Of a stretch of 64,000 bases of DNA, positions 27,191 through 39,781 are shown in pieces. The translations under genes and the position numbers were made by a program. How positions within the stretch are numbered: position 1 is the first letter of the stretch; each line of letters begins with the position of its first letter. The notes under the pieces are model-generated. The model saw only the letters and a list, made by a program, of their open reading frames with translations. It had not been told where the DNA came from and did not search any database. Origin of the DNA: Gekko japonicus. Taxonomy: Eukaryota. The stretch covers positions 733,280 to 797,279 of the forward strand of contig NW_015166428.1 in assembly GCF_001447785.1 (NCBI RefSeq). Direction: 5' to 3'.

Positions 27191-27526
27191 TAAAGGTAAA
27201 GGTTTCCCTTGCTCAAAAGCTAGTCAAATTTGACTCTAGGGGGTGGTGCTCATCTCTGTTTCCAAGCCAAAGAGCCAGTGCTGTCTGAAGACGTTTCTGT
27301 GGTCATATGGCCGGCATGACTGAACACCAAGGTGCACAGAAGCCTGTTACCTTCCCACCAAAGTGGTACCTATTTATCTACTTGCAATTTCTTGTTTTCG
27401 AACTGCTAGGTTGGCGGGAGCTGGGGCCAGAGACCGGAGCTCACTCCATCACGTGGCACTCAGGTCTCAGACTGCCGAACTACTGACCTTCTGGTCTGCA
27501 ACTCAGCGTCTTAACCTCTGAGCCTG
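27191..27526 (-). mobile_element. Sauria SINE
   Basis: Reverse complement of the 6505 family; TSD gttcttagg. Confidence 0.85.
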
Positions 27527-27712
27527 GTTCTTAGGTTAATAATATAACTGATAAATAATATCAACATAATTAATCATAGTAATCAATAATAAGCTGGTTC
27601 TGTCTTTGAAGCCCACTCTAAAGTGACACAGTGGACCTTTGCATGAATATGGTACAAAGAGTACTTGGGTTTCAGAGAAGGGGGGGGCTGACCTCTGTAA
27701 ATGCATAACCTT

Positions 27713-28072
27713 TGACCTGATCTACATGGCCCAGGCTAGCCTAATTTCATCAAATCTCAGAAGCTAAGCAGGGTTGGCCCTGGTTCATATTTGGATGGGA
27801 GACCACCAAGAAATCCCAGGATTGCTACATAGAGTAGGGTTGCTAGGTCTGGGTTGGAAAATACCTGGAGACTTTGGGGGTGGAGGCAGGAGAGGGCGGT
27901 TTTTGGAGAGGGGAGGGGCCTCAGCATGGTACAACGCCATAGAGGCCACCCTTCAAAGAAGCCGTTTTCTCCAGGGGAGCTGATCTCTGTCAGCTGGAAA
28001 TCAGTTGTAAAAGCGGGAGATCCCCAGGCCCCACCTGGAGGCTGGCAACCCTAACATAGAGGCAGGCAATGG
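27713..28072 (+). mobile_element. 5S-headed SINE interrupted by a hAT MITE
   Basis: 5S-like head at 27713-27834; the SINE resumes gcaggcaatggc after 28061. Confidence 0.75.
27835..28053. mobile_element. hAT MITE with TAGGGTTGC TIR (219 bp)
   Basis: TIR tagggttgc / gcaacccta; perfect 8-bp TSD acatagag. Confidence 0.88.
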
Positions 28073-29077
28073 CGGGGACGGTGGGGCACACATTTAGATA
28101 AATAAATAAATAATAAACCACCTCTGTTCATCTGTTTCCTTGACAGACCTACTGGATGTACTTTGGCCATGACTTGATGGTACTTTCCACCATTGAATAA
28201 TTCTTACTTAGGCCCTTTCCGCCCTGTCCTTTTCATCCATGTTCACCGTGGTGTCCTCCAAGCAATTCTGCACTAAAATCAAATCCAGCCTTCTTTTTAA
28301 TCCAGGCTTTTTTTCACATTCTGCACTAAAATAGCGTTAAACCTCCTTTTTATTCCTGTTTTCCACCCCCGTTCTGCATTATGTTACCTCCCTTCAGTGG
28401 TCAGCCAGGTTTCAGCCTGCCGTTGCCCCGGGTTATTTGGATGCTGTTTTGCTGTGGACTTAAACTGCCTCGACTCGAACACTGAGAAAAACTGTAGTGG
28501 CAGGCAAATGCGGAAAGGATTGGTTAGGGCAGATCAGTTTCCTTGAGTGCGTGCTGTTAGGTGTTGGTGCTGGGGCAGCCAAATGCTTTAATAGTTTGTA
28601 ATTCCACTTGTATGTGTTGATTTTCCTTTCATCACAAATATATAGCATGAAATGATTGTGCACACCAATGGTTTTAAAACACTGTACTTTCAGAGAACAA
28701 CCAGATTTTATTGTTCCAATATTAGCTAGTTTTTAGAATATAGAAATTTCTTCCAAATGCCTGACTTTTGCATATAAATATTTTGTGCAAAGGCTGTATC
28801 CAGCACAGTTAGACGTGCTTAAATCCCATTGATTTCAGTGGCAAAGAAACTGGCATGGATGTGTGCTAGATCTGGGCTGTTTGTTTAACAGCCTGGAAAA
28901 TTCCAGTGTTGGTTTTGTTAACTTTGCCTTTGGATACAATGGAATATATTCTAGAAAGCCTGAATGCATGTTCCACGCCAATACACACTTCAGTTTAAAG
29001 ATTAATAGTGTTTCTGTAAAGTTTCTCCTGTTTTTCCTGCATGGCGTAAAAAAAAAAAAGCACTTAAAAATGCATAC

Positions 29078-29153
29078 CTATTCCAGCTTGACCTATAATC
29101 CAGGACAGGCGAATGAAAAGCATCACACCCCAGATATTCAGCATGCACCTCAC
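29078..29153 (-). CDS. SLC12A1: NKCC2 exon 4 (76 nt, TM1)
   Basis: tttag|GTG..ATAG|gtatgc; VRCMLNIWGVMLFIRLSWIIGQAGI. Confidence 0.96.
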
Positions 29154-29619
29154 CTAAATGGTGAACAAAGAGTCGTGTTACCATGTCATTGCAGAATGCA
29201 AGCAGTGTTAGTAATTAAGAGGCAAAATTGGCTGGTTTATTATCAGATCAGATAAAAATTATTACACAGCCAACAGGCCATGGCACTATAAAATAATAGT
29301 CAGTGAACAGTGTTGAATAATATCTAAAAATAAGAGTGAAGGAGCTAGAATAACATTTCCAAAATGGAATTTTTTTAAAAAAATAACGTTTGAAAATGGA
29401 ATTAAAAACAAGATACAACTTTCAAGCAATATACTGGTCCTAATCCAAACCACCCTATGCATATGCATCACAAAGCATGAAAAGTTGATATGCTAATCAT
29501 GTTGTGTTCTCTAGCGGAAGCAAGTGCATGTTTCCCCCCTCCTAAAAATGTGCATTGTGAATTTTTTTTTAAATAAAGACAGCAGAATTGAATTGTAACA
29601 CTAGATATGTTCTGCTTAC

Positions 29620-29748
29620 CAGGACACCCTTCACCCAGCCAAATTTCACAAAGCCTCCTTGGGTTTCTTCTTCTTTCTTGGGTGCTGCTTCTCCTCCTGT
29701 AGTGCCATCTGCTTTGGTGAATTTGTCCACTGAAGTAACTGCTATGTT
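29620..29748 (-). CDS. SLC12A1: NKCC2 exon 3 (129 nt)
   Basis: ttgtctag|AAC..CTG|gtaagc; [22 protein letters not shown]. Confidence 0.95.
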
Positions 29749-29860
29749 CTAGACAATAAATATTTAGAAAGCACTGCAATATATCCTGTGTTGTTGACTT
29801 TCACCATACTAAAGGGGAAGAAGGCCTGTGCATCTGCTGGGAGTGCAGAAACGTTGTCGA

Positions 29861-30507
29861 TAGGGGTGTGCCAAATAATTGTATTTTGGGGGTTTGGGTA
29901 TATTGAACCCAAAAAATATCAGTATTTTCTGATTTTCCTGAATCCCAATGCTAGTATGGTATTCAGATTAGGATTTTTTGGGAAATCTCAATTTTTCCTG
30001 GCTCCATTATACCCTATGGGGACTATTATAGTCAATGGTCCCCATAAAGTACAATGGGGAATCCATCCAGGGGGTATCCAGGGGTCGGGGGGAGTGTCTG
30101 TTTTTTGAGGTAGAGTCACCAAATTTTCAGTATAGCTGCTGGTGCTTCTTCTCAACCCCCCCCCCCAAGTTTCAAAAAGATTGGACCAGGGGGTTCAATT
30201 CTATGGGCCCCCAAAGAAGGTGCCACCATCCTCCATTGTTTTCAACTGAGAAATAAAAAGGCTTTTAAAGGGATTGTGAGTTCACCTGGAAGGCATTTAA
30301 ATGGACCTTAACACCTTTTAACTTCAGCTATCTGGTGGTCCCCAAAAAACCCTGAATATTGTTGGCATTTTTTGGGGGGCTTAGCTATTTCAGATAGCTG
30401 TAAAGATACTCAAACAAATATTTGGCTGACAGAATAGCCGAAAAATACCAATATGCTATTTTTTTGCTATTTGTTTTGGCTAGGGTATAGCCGAATGCAT
30501 GCCCCTA
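29861..30507. mobile_element. hAT-Ac-like non-autonomous element
   Basis: TIR taggggtgtgc / gcatgccccta; shares an internal unit with 50856-51829. Confidence 0.7.
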
Positions 30508-31020
30508 GCTGCAGAATGTGGCACTGGACACAGATCTAAGGATCTGGGGTTTCTTTCCTATTTTAAAGACAAATTTCTAGTGTGTGAAGGGCAGGCAATG
30601 CCTGCTGATATTCAGCTGCTGAAGTAGGAGCTGAACAAAATCTCCAGTGGGAGGCCGTTGCAGTGACCTAAGTAGTTCCTTCCCACTCTCCACAACTAAT
30701 GAAACCAGAATAGATTATGCAAAATAGTGAACATGGCAGAATCAATTACGCAAAAACAAGTGAAACTATAAAAATATCTAATTGGCACCAACATGATGTC
30801 AAATGTAACTTTTTCTGGTGCCGCAATTTGTATTGTACAAATGTACATTATTTTTTGCTCCCAGAATATAAACAACCATTTTTAACATAGGAGGATTTAC
30901 TTCTGAATTCATCTGCACGTCTGGAGTATTATAAGCACACTTGACTCCTTTTGGATTGAGGGCATTATGTTACAAATAAACAGCCAATAGTATATTTGTC
31001 TTTTAATATTTCTGACATAC

Positions 31021-31425
31021 CTTTGCTAACTGTTCATGAATGTCCATCAGGCTTGGCCTAGTCATTTTGGCGCCACTGATGCTGCCAGTGTTTCGGTAAT
31101 AATCAATTTTAGGTATGGCATCCACTGTATTGTGCCCAAAGGTTTTCAGATAGTATGTGTCACTATGTGTATCATAGGGATGAAAGCTTCCATCTGTTTT
31201 AGCCATATCCCCATTTTGAAATAAATTATCGTACAGCTCTCGGTTCCCAGGTCTGTAGCTAACTCGTAGTCTGTTATTTGCCTCGTCAGCAAAAGATGTT
31301 TCTTCGTAACACTGAGGGCTGGGATCTCCCGTTGAGGATACTGTACTGTCATGGCTCTCATTAATGACATTGACCTGAAATCTATTCGGACTCGGGTCCG
31401 AAAATACATTTGGAGAATTATTCAT
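31021..31425 (-). CDS. SLC12A1: NKCC2 first coding exon (human exon 2), N-terminal regulatory domain
   Basis: Translates [54 protein letters not shown]. Contains the SPAK/OSR1 RFxV motif and the phospho-Thr cluster. Donor AAG|gtatgt at 31021/31020. Confidence 0.96.
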
Positions 31426-31587
31426 ATTTGCGGATGTTAGGTTTTATTTTCAAAAATCGTTCTGCTCCTTTGTAGTCAGATCTTCAGTGTATGACAGTTG
31501 TGGCTCTGGAGTGATTGCCGCCTCTCATTCATTGGAGACTTCTTTGAACTCTCTTATGCAGTCGTCACAACGTGGTGTCATTCAACT
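31426..31587 (-). other. SLC12A1: Probable 5'UTR part of SLC12A1 exon 2
   Basis: Pyrimidine-rich acceptor atttccttcctatgtttgatgacag| ending at 31588; boundary inferred. Confidence 0.5.
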
Positions 31588-31808
31588 CTGTCATCAAACA
31601 TAGGAAGGAAATAGGCTATATTTCAACCAGCTCACTTGGTGTCTTACAACTAAAGCCAGCCTTGTCTGCACAAGAGCTTCCAAAGCAGCTGATTCAGAGC
31701 TTTTGTGCTAAACCACAAATGCAAGGTTAGTGCAGCAGTTGTGAGTTGGGCTCAGAAAACTGGGCTCCCTCCCTGCCCTTAGTGGGAGTGTCTTGTTGTA
31801 CTCAGGGT

Positions 31809-32026
31809 GAGAAGAAGAGTAGGATTTGTACCCCGCTCTTCACTCAGTGTCTCAGAGCAGCTTACAGTCGCCTTCCCTTCCTTTCCCCACAACAAACACC
31901 CTGTGAGATAGGTGGGGCTGAGAGACCTCTGAGAGAACTGTGACTGACCCAAGGTCACCCAGCTGGTTTCATGTAGAGAAGAGTGGAGTTTCTCCAGATT
32001 AGAGTCCACCACTCTTAAGCACTGGC
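31809..32026 (-). mobile_element. Squam3-like SINE
   Basis: Family similarity. Confidence 0.75.
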
Positions 32027-32053
32027 TTCTCTCCCATAGGACATGGTGAAAAA

Positions 32054-32455
32054 CAGGGTTCATTTCCTGCAGGAGCGCACAGAAGCGGAGCTCCGGCAGT
32101 AAAGAGCCCAGGGGGCGGGCACATGCAACAAGCCCCGCCCCCTGCTCCCAGCAGCCCTCAGTTAGAGCAAGAAGTAGCCAGGTAAGTTGCAGAGCCCCCC
32201 GCCGCCGCCCCCGGTCCAAAAGAGTCCAGTGGCACCTTTAAGACCAAGTTGTATTCAGGTACAATCTCTCCCTCCTCTGCGAGGATAGATCTGCACATCC
32301 CCCCCCCCATAGCTAGCAATCCAGAACAGTCCAGTGGAGCCTGAGCAGTGGGTGTTGCCTTCTGACACACTTCTGGTGATGTCAGGGGGTGTTGCATATG
32401 CAAATAAGTTATGCTAATGAGCTCCTGCACCTCTTTTTCTACGAAATGACTCCTG
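32054..32455. mobile_element. hAT MITE, CAGGGGTCATTT family (long form)
   Basis: Near-identical to 33651-34052; TSD degenerate. Confidence 0.85.
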
Positions 32456-32465
32456 GGAAAAGACA

Positions 32466-33558
32466 TCAAAATGTCATATAGAGGATGGTACAGAGTTCTG
32501 TTCTGTTGCTCCAGAAGGTTGGACCAGAACCAACAGGTTGAAATTAAATCAGAAGAGTTTTCAGCTAAATATTAGGAAGAACTTTCTGACAGAGTGGTTC
32601 CTCAGTGGAACAGGCTTCCTTGGGAGGTGGTGGGCTCTCCAGTTTGGTGTAGTGGTTAAATGTGTGGACTCTACTCTGGGAGAACCGGGTTTGATTCCCC
32701 ACTCCTCCACTTGCACCTGCTGGATGACCTTGGGCAAGCCATAGTTCTGGCCAGGGCTATTTTTCGGCAGGAACACACAGGAACAGAGTTCCAGCTGGCT
32801 TCAGAGTTGGCCACGCCCACTACAGCCAAAACCTCTGCATGTGTGGCTACAGATGGAAGGCCTGGAGAGCGACCCCCCCAGCGACTCCAAGGCGGGCAGG
32901 CCAGGGGCCCCCTGGAAGGATCGGGGAGGTATTTAAATGCCTCCCTGTGCCTTCCCCAGCCTGTCCAACGGCTGGCTTGCCCGGGCACCCCACAGCTGCG
33001 GGTCACCTGGGCAAGCCAAGGGAAGGCATGGGGGTGTGGCCTAATATGCTAATGACTTTCTGCTCTTGGGTGTGGCCTATTATGCTAACGAGTTCCTGCT
33101 GGGCTTTTTCTACAAAAAAAAGCCCTGGTTCTGGCACAGCTGTTCTTGAAAAAGAGCCGTTTCTGTCAAGACCTCCCCCCTCCTCCTCCCCTTCCTCCTC
33201 CTCCTCCTCTTCTTCTTCTTTTGAGGTTTTCAAGCAGAGGCTAGGTGGCCATCTGACAGCAATGCTGATTGTGTGAACTTAGGCAGATCATGAGGGGGAG
33301 GACAGGAAGGGCTGCACCCGTGCTTAGTTCTTGTGGCCTTTTCTTACACGCCAAGGGAAATGCTGATGGCCACTTTGGGAAGCAATTTTTCTCCAGGCCA
33401 GTTTGGCCAGGGAGCCTGGAGGTTTTTTATAATCTTCTGGGTATTGGAACAGGGGTCACTGGGGGTGTGGAGGGGGAGGTATTTGTGAATTTCCTGCATT
33501 GTGCAGGGGGTTGGACTAGATGACCTTGGAGGTCCCTTCCAACTGTATGAGTCTATGA
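32466..33558 (+). mobile_element. CR1 3' fragment containing a Squam3-like SINE (about 32639-33220), which contains a hAT MITE (32752-33127)
   Basis: CR1 ORF2 end (LNIRKNFLT.. / FEVFKQRLGGHL) and ttggactagatgacc..cccttccaac tail. MITE TIR cagggct / agccctg with perfect TSD gttctggc. Confidence 0.85.
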
Positions 33559-33650
33559 AAATGAAACAAAAGCATGAGTTTAAAATCACAGATACAAAGA
33601 TCCAATAAAAATGTACCTGTCAACCACAATGATAGTAAAATAATAAGAAT

Positions 33651-34052
33651 CAGCGGTCATTTCCTGCAGGAGCGCACAGGAGCGGAGCTCCGGCAGTAAA
33701 GAGTCCAGGGGGCGGGCACATGCAACAAGCCCCACTCCCTGCTCCCAGCAGCCCTCAGTCAGAGTAAGAAGCAGCCAGGTAAGTTGCAGAGCTCCCCCCG
33801 GCCCAAAACAATCTAGTGGCACCTTTAAGACAAAGTTTTATTCAGGTACAAGCTCTCCCTCTTCTGCGAGGACAGATCTGCACGTCCCCCCCCCCAAAAA
33901 AATAGCTAGCAATCCAAAACAGTCCAGTGGAGCCTGAGCGGTGGGTGTTGCCTTCTGACACACTTCCGGTGATGTCAGGGGGTGTGGCATATGCAAATAA
34001 ATGAGTTATGCTAATGAGCTCCTGCACCTCTTTTTCTACGAAATGACCCCTG
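33651..34052. mobile_element. hAT MITE, CAGGGGTCATTT family (long form, 402 bp)
   Basis: Perfect 8-bp TSD ataagaat. Confidence 0.88.
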
Positions 34053-34342
34053 ATAAGAATAGACCGCAAACACCAGAAAAAGAACTTGGGGCATGTCTCG
34101 TAAAGTGCTCACTGTGATAGCTTCAGGTGGCAAAATGTCTTGGGCCCATCATGCCACAGGGGAGCCTAACTTGCTCCACCCCCTTCTTTCCCAGTGTCTG
34201 TCAGAAATACTGGTTTGTGTGCACTGGCTCTAGAATGGGGAGAGAGAACATGGAAGAGGCTGGTCACTGGAACCAAGATTTCCCTTCTGTTGCTCTTGAA
34301 CTTTGGTGCTCAGTGCCATGTGGGAGCCAGCGGGGGGGGGGG

Positions 34343-34545
34343 GTTAGCATACAGAACTAGGCTCTGGGAGAACCAGGTTCGAATGTGGACCTTGCTCTGG
34401 AAGCTCACTGGGTGACCTTGGGCCAGTCACTCTATCTTGGCCTCATCTACCTTAGAGGGTTGTTATTCCTGTTCAGTGGAGAAGAGAAGGCTGTCGTAAG
34501 CCGCCTTGGGTCCCCGTCGGGGAGAAAAGTGGGGTATAAATAAGA
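34343..34545 (+). mobile_element. Older tRNA/CORE-type SINE (Squam3/MIR-like)
   Basis: B box ggttcgaat; gggtgaccttgggccagtcac core. Confidence 0.65.
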
Positions 34546-36585
34546 TAAATTAGAATAACGAGGATACTGGGACAGTGGATGATTTCTGGACTCAGGTCCC
34601 TATCTGAAGTCTGGGAAACCCTGGCTTTTCTCTACAAGAACATGAATTGACCCCCTTCTGTGCTGCAAAGTTGGTTTAAATATTCCAAATGGTGTTTTTT
34701 CCAAACCCATCATTTTTTTTGGGGGGGGGGGTTGTCAGTGACATAAGCATGGCAAAGAATTCATTGTGGGGATGAGAAGAGCAGCACAAAGGAATGCATG
34801 TGATAATACCGCTATGCACCCAATAAGAGTGTGCTAACTTGGACTGGATGAAATAAGTGAGCAAATGACTAAGGGGCAGAGATAGCTATGGACTGGTAAA
34901 GTCCAGGAACTGATTTTGCATTCTCTTCACATGGTTTATAGACATGTTGAAATAAAGAGCAGCAGATGGTCAAAATTTAATGTATGTGGAATGCAAGATT
35001 GGGTCCCATTAAAGATAAACGTGAGTCAATATACAGATATTTCCTGCCAAATTTAGAAGAGTCATATCCTGGTCCCTTAAAGACAGTGGCAAGTTTGCCA
35101 TTGATTACCAGATGGAGAAGGTCAGAATTTCTGAGAACGTTGCAAATCTTGAAAATGCACTATATTCTAATTGAGATTATTGCTTGCATCAAATGATGGC
35201 TTGATGGCTACAAGACATTAGGATTGTAGTCTACAATCAGTTCACATGGCAGATTAATCTATTTAGCTGATTAATTAGTGAAGAGCAATTTTAATTGGAG
35301 AGGCTACAGGCTAAGGGCACAGTCTGAAGCTACTTTGCTTCTTGTGAGGTACAGTTATAGGCAATGAGAAAATATGGGATCCCTTTCTAGGAAGACTGGG
35401 AGTTTTTGTTTGTAAAATTGTAAATTATCTTTTGCTTTCTTCAATAGCTTAAAATGAGGGATGCTACTGAATTTTATGACCACTTTGTTTTCATTCAAAA
35501 ATTTCATTCAAAAGTCTTCATTTGGTCAAATTTGCAGTCATCTTTCCCAACCCAAAATAATGAAAAACTTGATGGTAAAATTGGAATTAAATTTGATGTC
35601 TGGTTTTGCATATAAATGACATTAAAGTGATGTAAAAGAAGTGACTGAAATTGACAAACTAGAAAATAAAATTGGTGGGAGGAAAACACAACAAATAGAA
35701 ACAAAAAACTAAAAGAAACAAAACATCGAATTTTCATGTATCCCTTGTCAAATTGAACCCTCTATCGAGGTTTTAATAATATTCAAAATAATGAACATTA
35801 AGGTAAATGCCTCATCAATTAACATTCAGCATTTTGAAGAAAGGCAAAGCTGCCTTCAGTTCAATGCAAATATGCTTGTTGGAACCCCCCTAAACCCACC
35901 TTTAAAAAGAAAAAACAACTGGCAGAGCTGAGAAATCTTCTTTGTCAACAGCACCCTCCTGACGTGCCTTTTTAAAAAACACACACAGAGAGAGAGAGAG
36001 CAGATTTGGGGCGTCTTTGTCTGATACATGCACTTATACTGAACTGGGCCATTGGTTATCTAACCTAGTATGTGTACTCCAACTGGTAGCCAGAAAAAAG
36101 CTCTTTTGAGTTTTGAGTCTTATGCAATTAGGTTATTTACATTTAAGGCCCTCCTATTAAAATCAAGGGTTGTGAATAGCTGTGCTAATTTATAATAGTC
36201 TAATCTGAAATGTATAATCTTTTAATGTGGAAGGAATGTGATTCAGCCTGACAATCAGCACATCAGTGCACAAGTTCAAAGAATAGTAGCCTTATTTCTG
36301 TGAATGCAATGCACAAGTGTTCTTGTGCAAAATAGGCTCCAGTTTCTCACAATTCTGTTTTATTTTTCTATACATTTTTTTTCTTTGAATGCACACTGGT
36401 GAATATATTCCCCCCGGTTCATTCATATTTAGTGCTTTTGTTACTTAGGAGAAAACATAGGCAAACTCTATCCAGATAACGTTTTCTGCTTATTATGGAC
36501 AACACTTCCAAATTAAAAACGATCCATACAGACAGTTAATGAATATCCATTCTAGTATGGGAATACATTTAAAACAAAAACTTAC

Positions 36586-36931
36586 CTCTTACAAATGACC
36601 TCAGTGGTACCTTGAGGAAAAAAATTGGTGGAATCTGTCAGCTTTGGCTGGTTGTCTTTAAGCGTACTAAAACTCTGTTTAAAGAGAAATGGATGCTGTC
36701 CAGGTGGTTTAACCTGCCACTTGTTCCCTTGTTTTGAACAAGCATCAGTTTACTTCCTATTTTCTGATGTGCAGAGTTGATTCCACTCTTGTCACCACAG
36801 AACTCAGTGCTTGGAGCCTTTTGTTCTCTATCAAACACTTGTCGAATCAGCCAGTCCCAAAGTCTGAAGTGGAATCTCTGCTACCCCTAGCCATATGTTC
36901 AGAGGAATATTTTAGTTTGTTAAATATTAGC
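36586..36931 (-). promoter_or_regulatory. SLC12A1: Candidate SLC12A1 non-coding exon 1 and promoter with HNF1-like site
   Basis: Strong minus-strand donor GAG|gtaagt at 36586/36585 in a repeat-poor stretch. GTTAAATATTAGC at 36919-36931 has 2 mismatches to GTTAATNATTAAC. Confidence 0.45.
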
Positions 36932-38176
36932 TAGTAAGGAGCCTGTTAATTCCTGGACGGAAGGAGATAGAATTGGCACCTACCTCTTGCTGAATGTCAG
37001 CGGATCCAGGAAAAGTAAATGAGGTACTCTTCAAGATCTTGACCTCTATTTCCTTGAGTTTACAGAATATGGTTGTAATGGTAAATGGCCTCACACAAAT
37101 ATGTGCAGGACTGTCATGGACTATATTCCCAGAAAGTCATGTGCTACTTAAATAGGTGTATACCATTTAAAAAGTTCTTACATATGCATGCCAATATGCG
37201 GGGTTGTTTTATTGCCTGAAGCTTTACAAGGTCATTCTTTTACTTTATGCACTGGGCCTAATCCAGCTAAAGTTAGTTGCTGTGATTAAGGCAAGAAGCT
37301 TGTGCAAATGCTTCTCCTTAGATAATATCCAATAAAAAGGTTAAGTGCAGATAAATGGCAGCAACAGATCAAATTCTGCCCTTTTTCTCTATCCCAAGGA
37401 CAATATAGGATGATAATTTAAAATACTTTTGTGCTTAATTATTTGCACTGTTCATTTGACTGAGCTTGAATATTAAAACTTTAAATTAAACTCATATGGA
37501 CAGATATTGTCACCCTGGGTCTCAAATTATGTAAATGTTTTAGTGCCTTTTCCCCCAACCAGTGGCTCCAACATTTGCAGAGAAAAGAACATTTGGAAGA
37601 CACCAGTTACGAAACAACAACAGGATCAAACTGATGTCTTGTCATTAGGACGACTAACAGCATGTGTCATCGCTAATGACTTGGAAACTGGAGCTGATGA
37701 CAACACAGACAAGTTACACTTTTAGTAACAACAACTTTATTGGCATCCTACAAGAAAAGGCTGATCTTCTGCAAAATGGCCAGAAGCCATTTTGTCCTCT
37801 GTCTTTAGGTCCGATTGCAAAAACTACACTCAAGGAGGGAAAGATCTTCCATTGTTGCCTAGCTTCTTGCCTCAAACTGCTTTTTGCTAAAGCCGCTTGC
37901 TAGTTCCTCTGTATCTGGAAGCTTCAGGGCTCTGAGAGATCCCCTTTTCTGATACCTACATTTCATCTTCTAAACGGATACGAAGTTTGATGTATAAGGG
38001 AAATCCTTAGGTCAAATTAACTGGATGCCCAATATCAGAAAGAACAAAGAAGGCACAGGAACAAAGTCGTGTATGGGTGTGTGTGTGTGTGTGGGGGGGG
38101 TCCCAGATGGGATTTTTGTCCATGGAGCCATGGTGGCTTCTCAGCAGCCCTGGTAGTTCTGCGGATGGGCCTAGCC

Positions 38177-38394
38177 TAGGGTTGCCAGGTCTGGGTTGGA
38201 AAATACCTGGAGACTTTGTGGGTGGAGCCAGGAGAGGGCGGGGTTTAGGGAGGGGAGGAGCCTCAGCATGGTACAGTGCCATAGAGTCCACCCTTAAAGC
38301 AGCCATTTTCTCCAGGGGAGCTGATCTCTGTCAGCTGGAGATCAGGTGTAAAAGTGGGAGATCTCCAGGCCCCACCTGGAGGCTGGCAACCCTA
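38177..38394. mobile_element. hAT MITE, TAGGGTTGCCA family
   Basis: TIR tagggttgcca / tggcaacccta; perfect TSD gcctagcc. Confidence 0.9.
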
Positions 38395-39781
38395 GCCTAG
38401 CCTTTATTCCTGAAGGTAACTTGTCGCTTCCTCAGACCAGAAGAGATTGTTCTGCCTTTCTTTTGCCCCAATACCAAACATCTGCAGGGAGTGGAGGGGC
38501 ATAACTTGGATGTCCAGAGGACCTTGAGTTTTTAATATTCATAGGACTTAGGCCATGATGAGATCTGACTCCCTTTTTGTCTCCCTCATTCTATGGGTTC
38601 TGGTGCTGTGGTGTCCACCCTAGGAAAGTGAGTCTGGGGGTTGTGTTGCTCTGGCCTAAAAAGCTGGTGGGTGGAGGGAATCATGACTAATTTCTTTAAG
38701 GGAATAGCTACCTCTGAGGCACTTAGGGCATTTCCTTCCTTAGAGGGGGCCTGCTGGGCAACTGTGTGGAAGTCAGTGCAAACCTTTACCCAGCCCTACT
38801 ACCTTGACAAGGAGGCCTGCACTAATGCCTCCTTTGGAAGGAGGGTCATCCAACAAGCTCTGACAGGTTGGTTTTCAAGTAGCCCACCTTGGGATACACG
38901 GCTTTTGTACATCCCATTGGTTGTGATTCCCCCACCCTGGACCACTGGAGAATGGGAAGTTTGTTCAGTTACAGTGAAGTGCCTTTCTTGATGGTCCTAG
39001 GGTGGGGCAGTCAATCCCGCCCTACTCTCAGAGTCCCAGGGAGACAATCTTGGAGCATGGACTCCCCTCTGCCATTTTCTTGCTGTTTCTATTAATTATG
39101 GGCTGTTGGAGTTAGTGTGTTCTTATAGTTATTGGGAGTTGTACAGCTTCTGGACTGGTCTTGGAGATGGAGAGAAGCCCCTCCCACGAGGAGTAATCAA
39201 AAAGTGAACTGCCTTGACTGCCTTCAGGGAGGAGCTTCTTCCCATTGGTTGTGACTGCCCTACCCCTAGGATCACTGAGAGAAAGAACTTGATGGTCAGT
39301 GAACAAACTTTCCAGTCTCCCTCCAAATACTGCAACTTGGGGTCATGTGATCAAAATTTCATTAGCACATTACAGATAAGAAGAACACAATCTTTCTTCA
39401 TGCAAGGCTTACTTAATGTACTGAATTTATTGCCACAAGATAGGGTAGTGGCCACTAGCAGAGAAAATGGTCTTAAGGAGGCTGAACAGATTCATGGAGG
39501 GAAGCCTTATCAACGGCTATTAATCATAATAGCTACAAATGGAGTATCCATATTCAGTCCTGTCAGCTTCCTGGTCCTTGATTGAGAGTAACTGTATTAG
39601 ACAGACCTTTGCATTAATCCTGCAAAAAGCAATCTTCATTTTGTCCTCACCGTCTCCCCAGGGGACTTCATGCATGGGGACCCGAAGTGGAGAGGGCACA
39701 CGCTCTGGACCTTTGCTGCCCTCTCCCACTTCAGCTTAGTGTAAAGGAGGAAAGCTGTCAAAAGGCCTCCTAAGAGTAGGA

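Noticed and set aside
38590-39345. Possible LTR-like element with a repeated cccattggttgtga motif (about 38912 and 39241)
   Set aside because: Could not define termini or a TSD.
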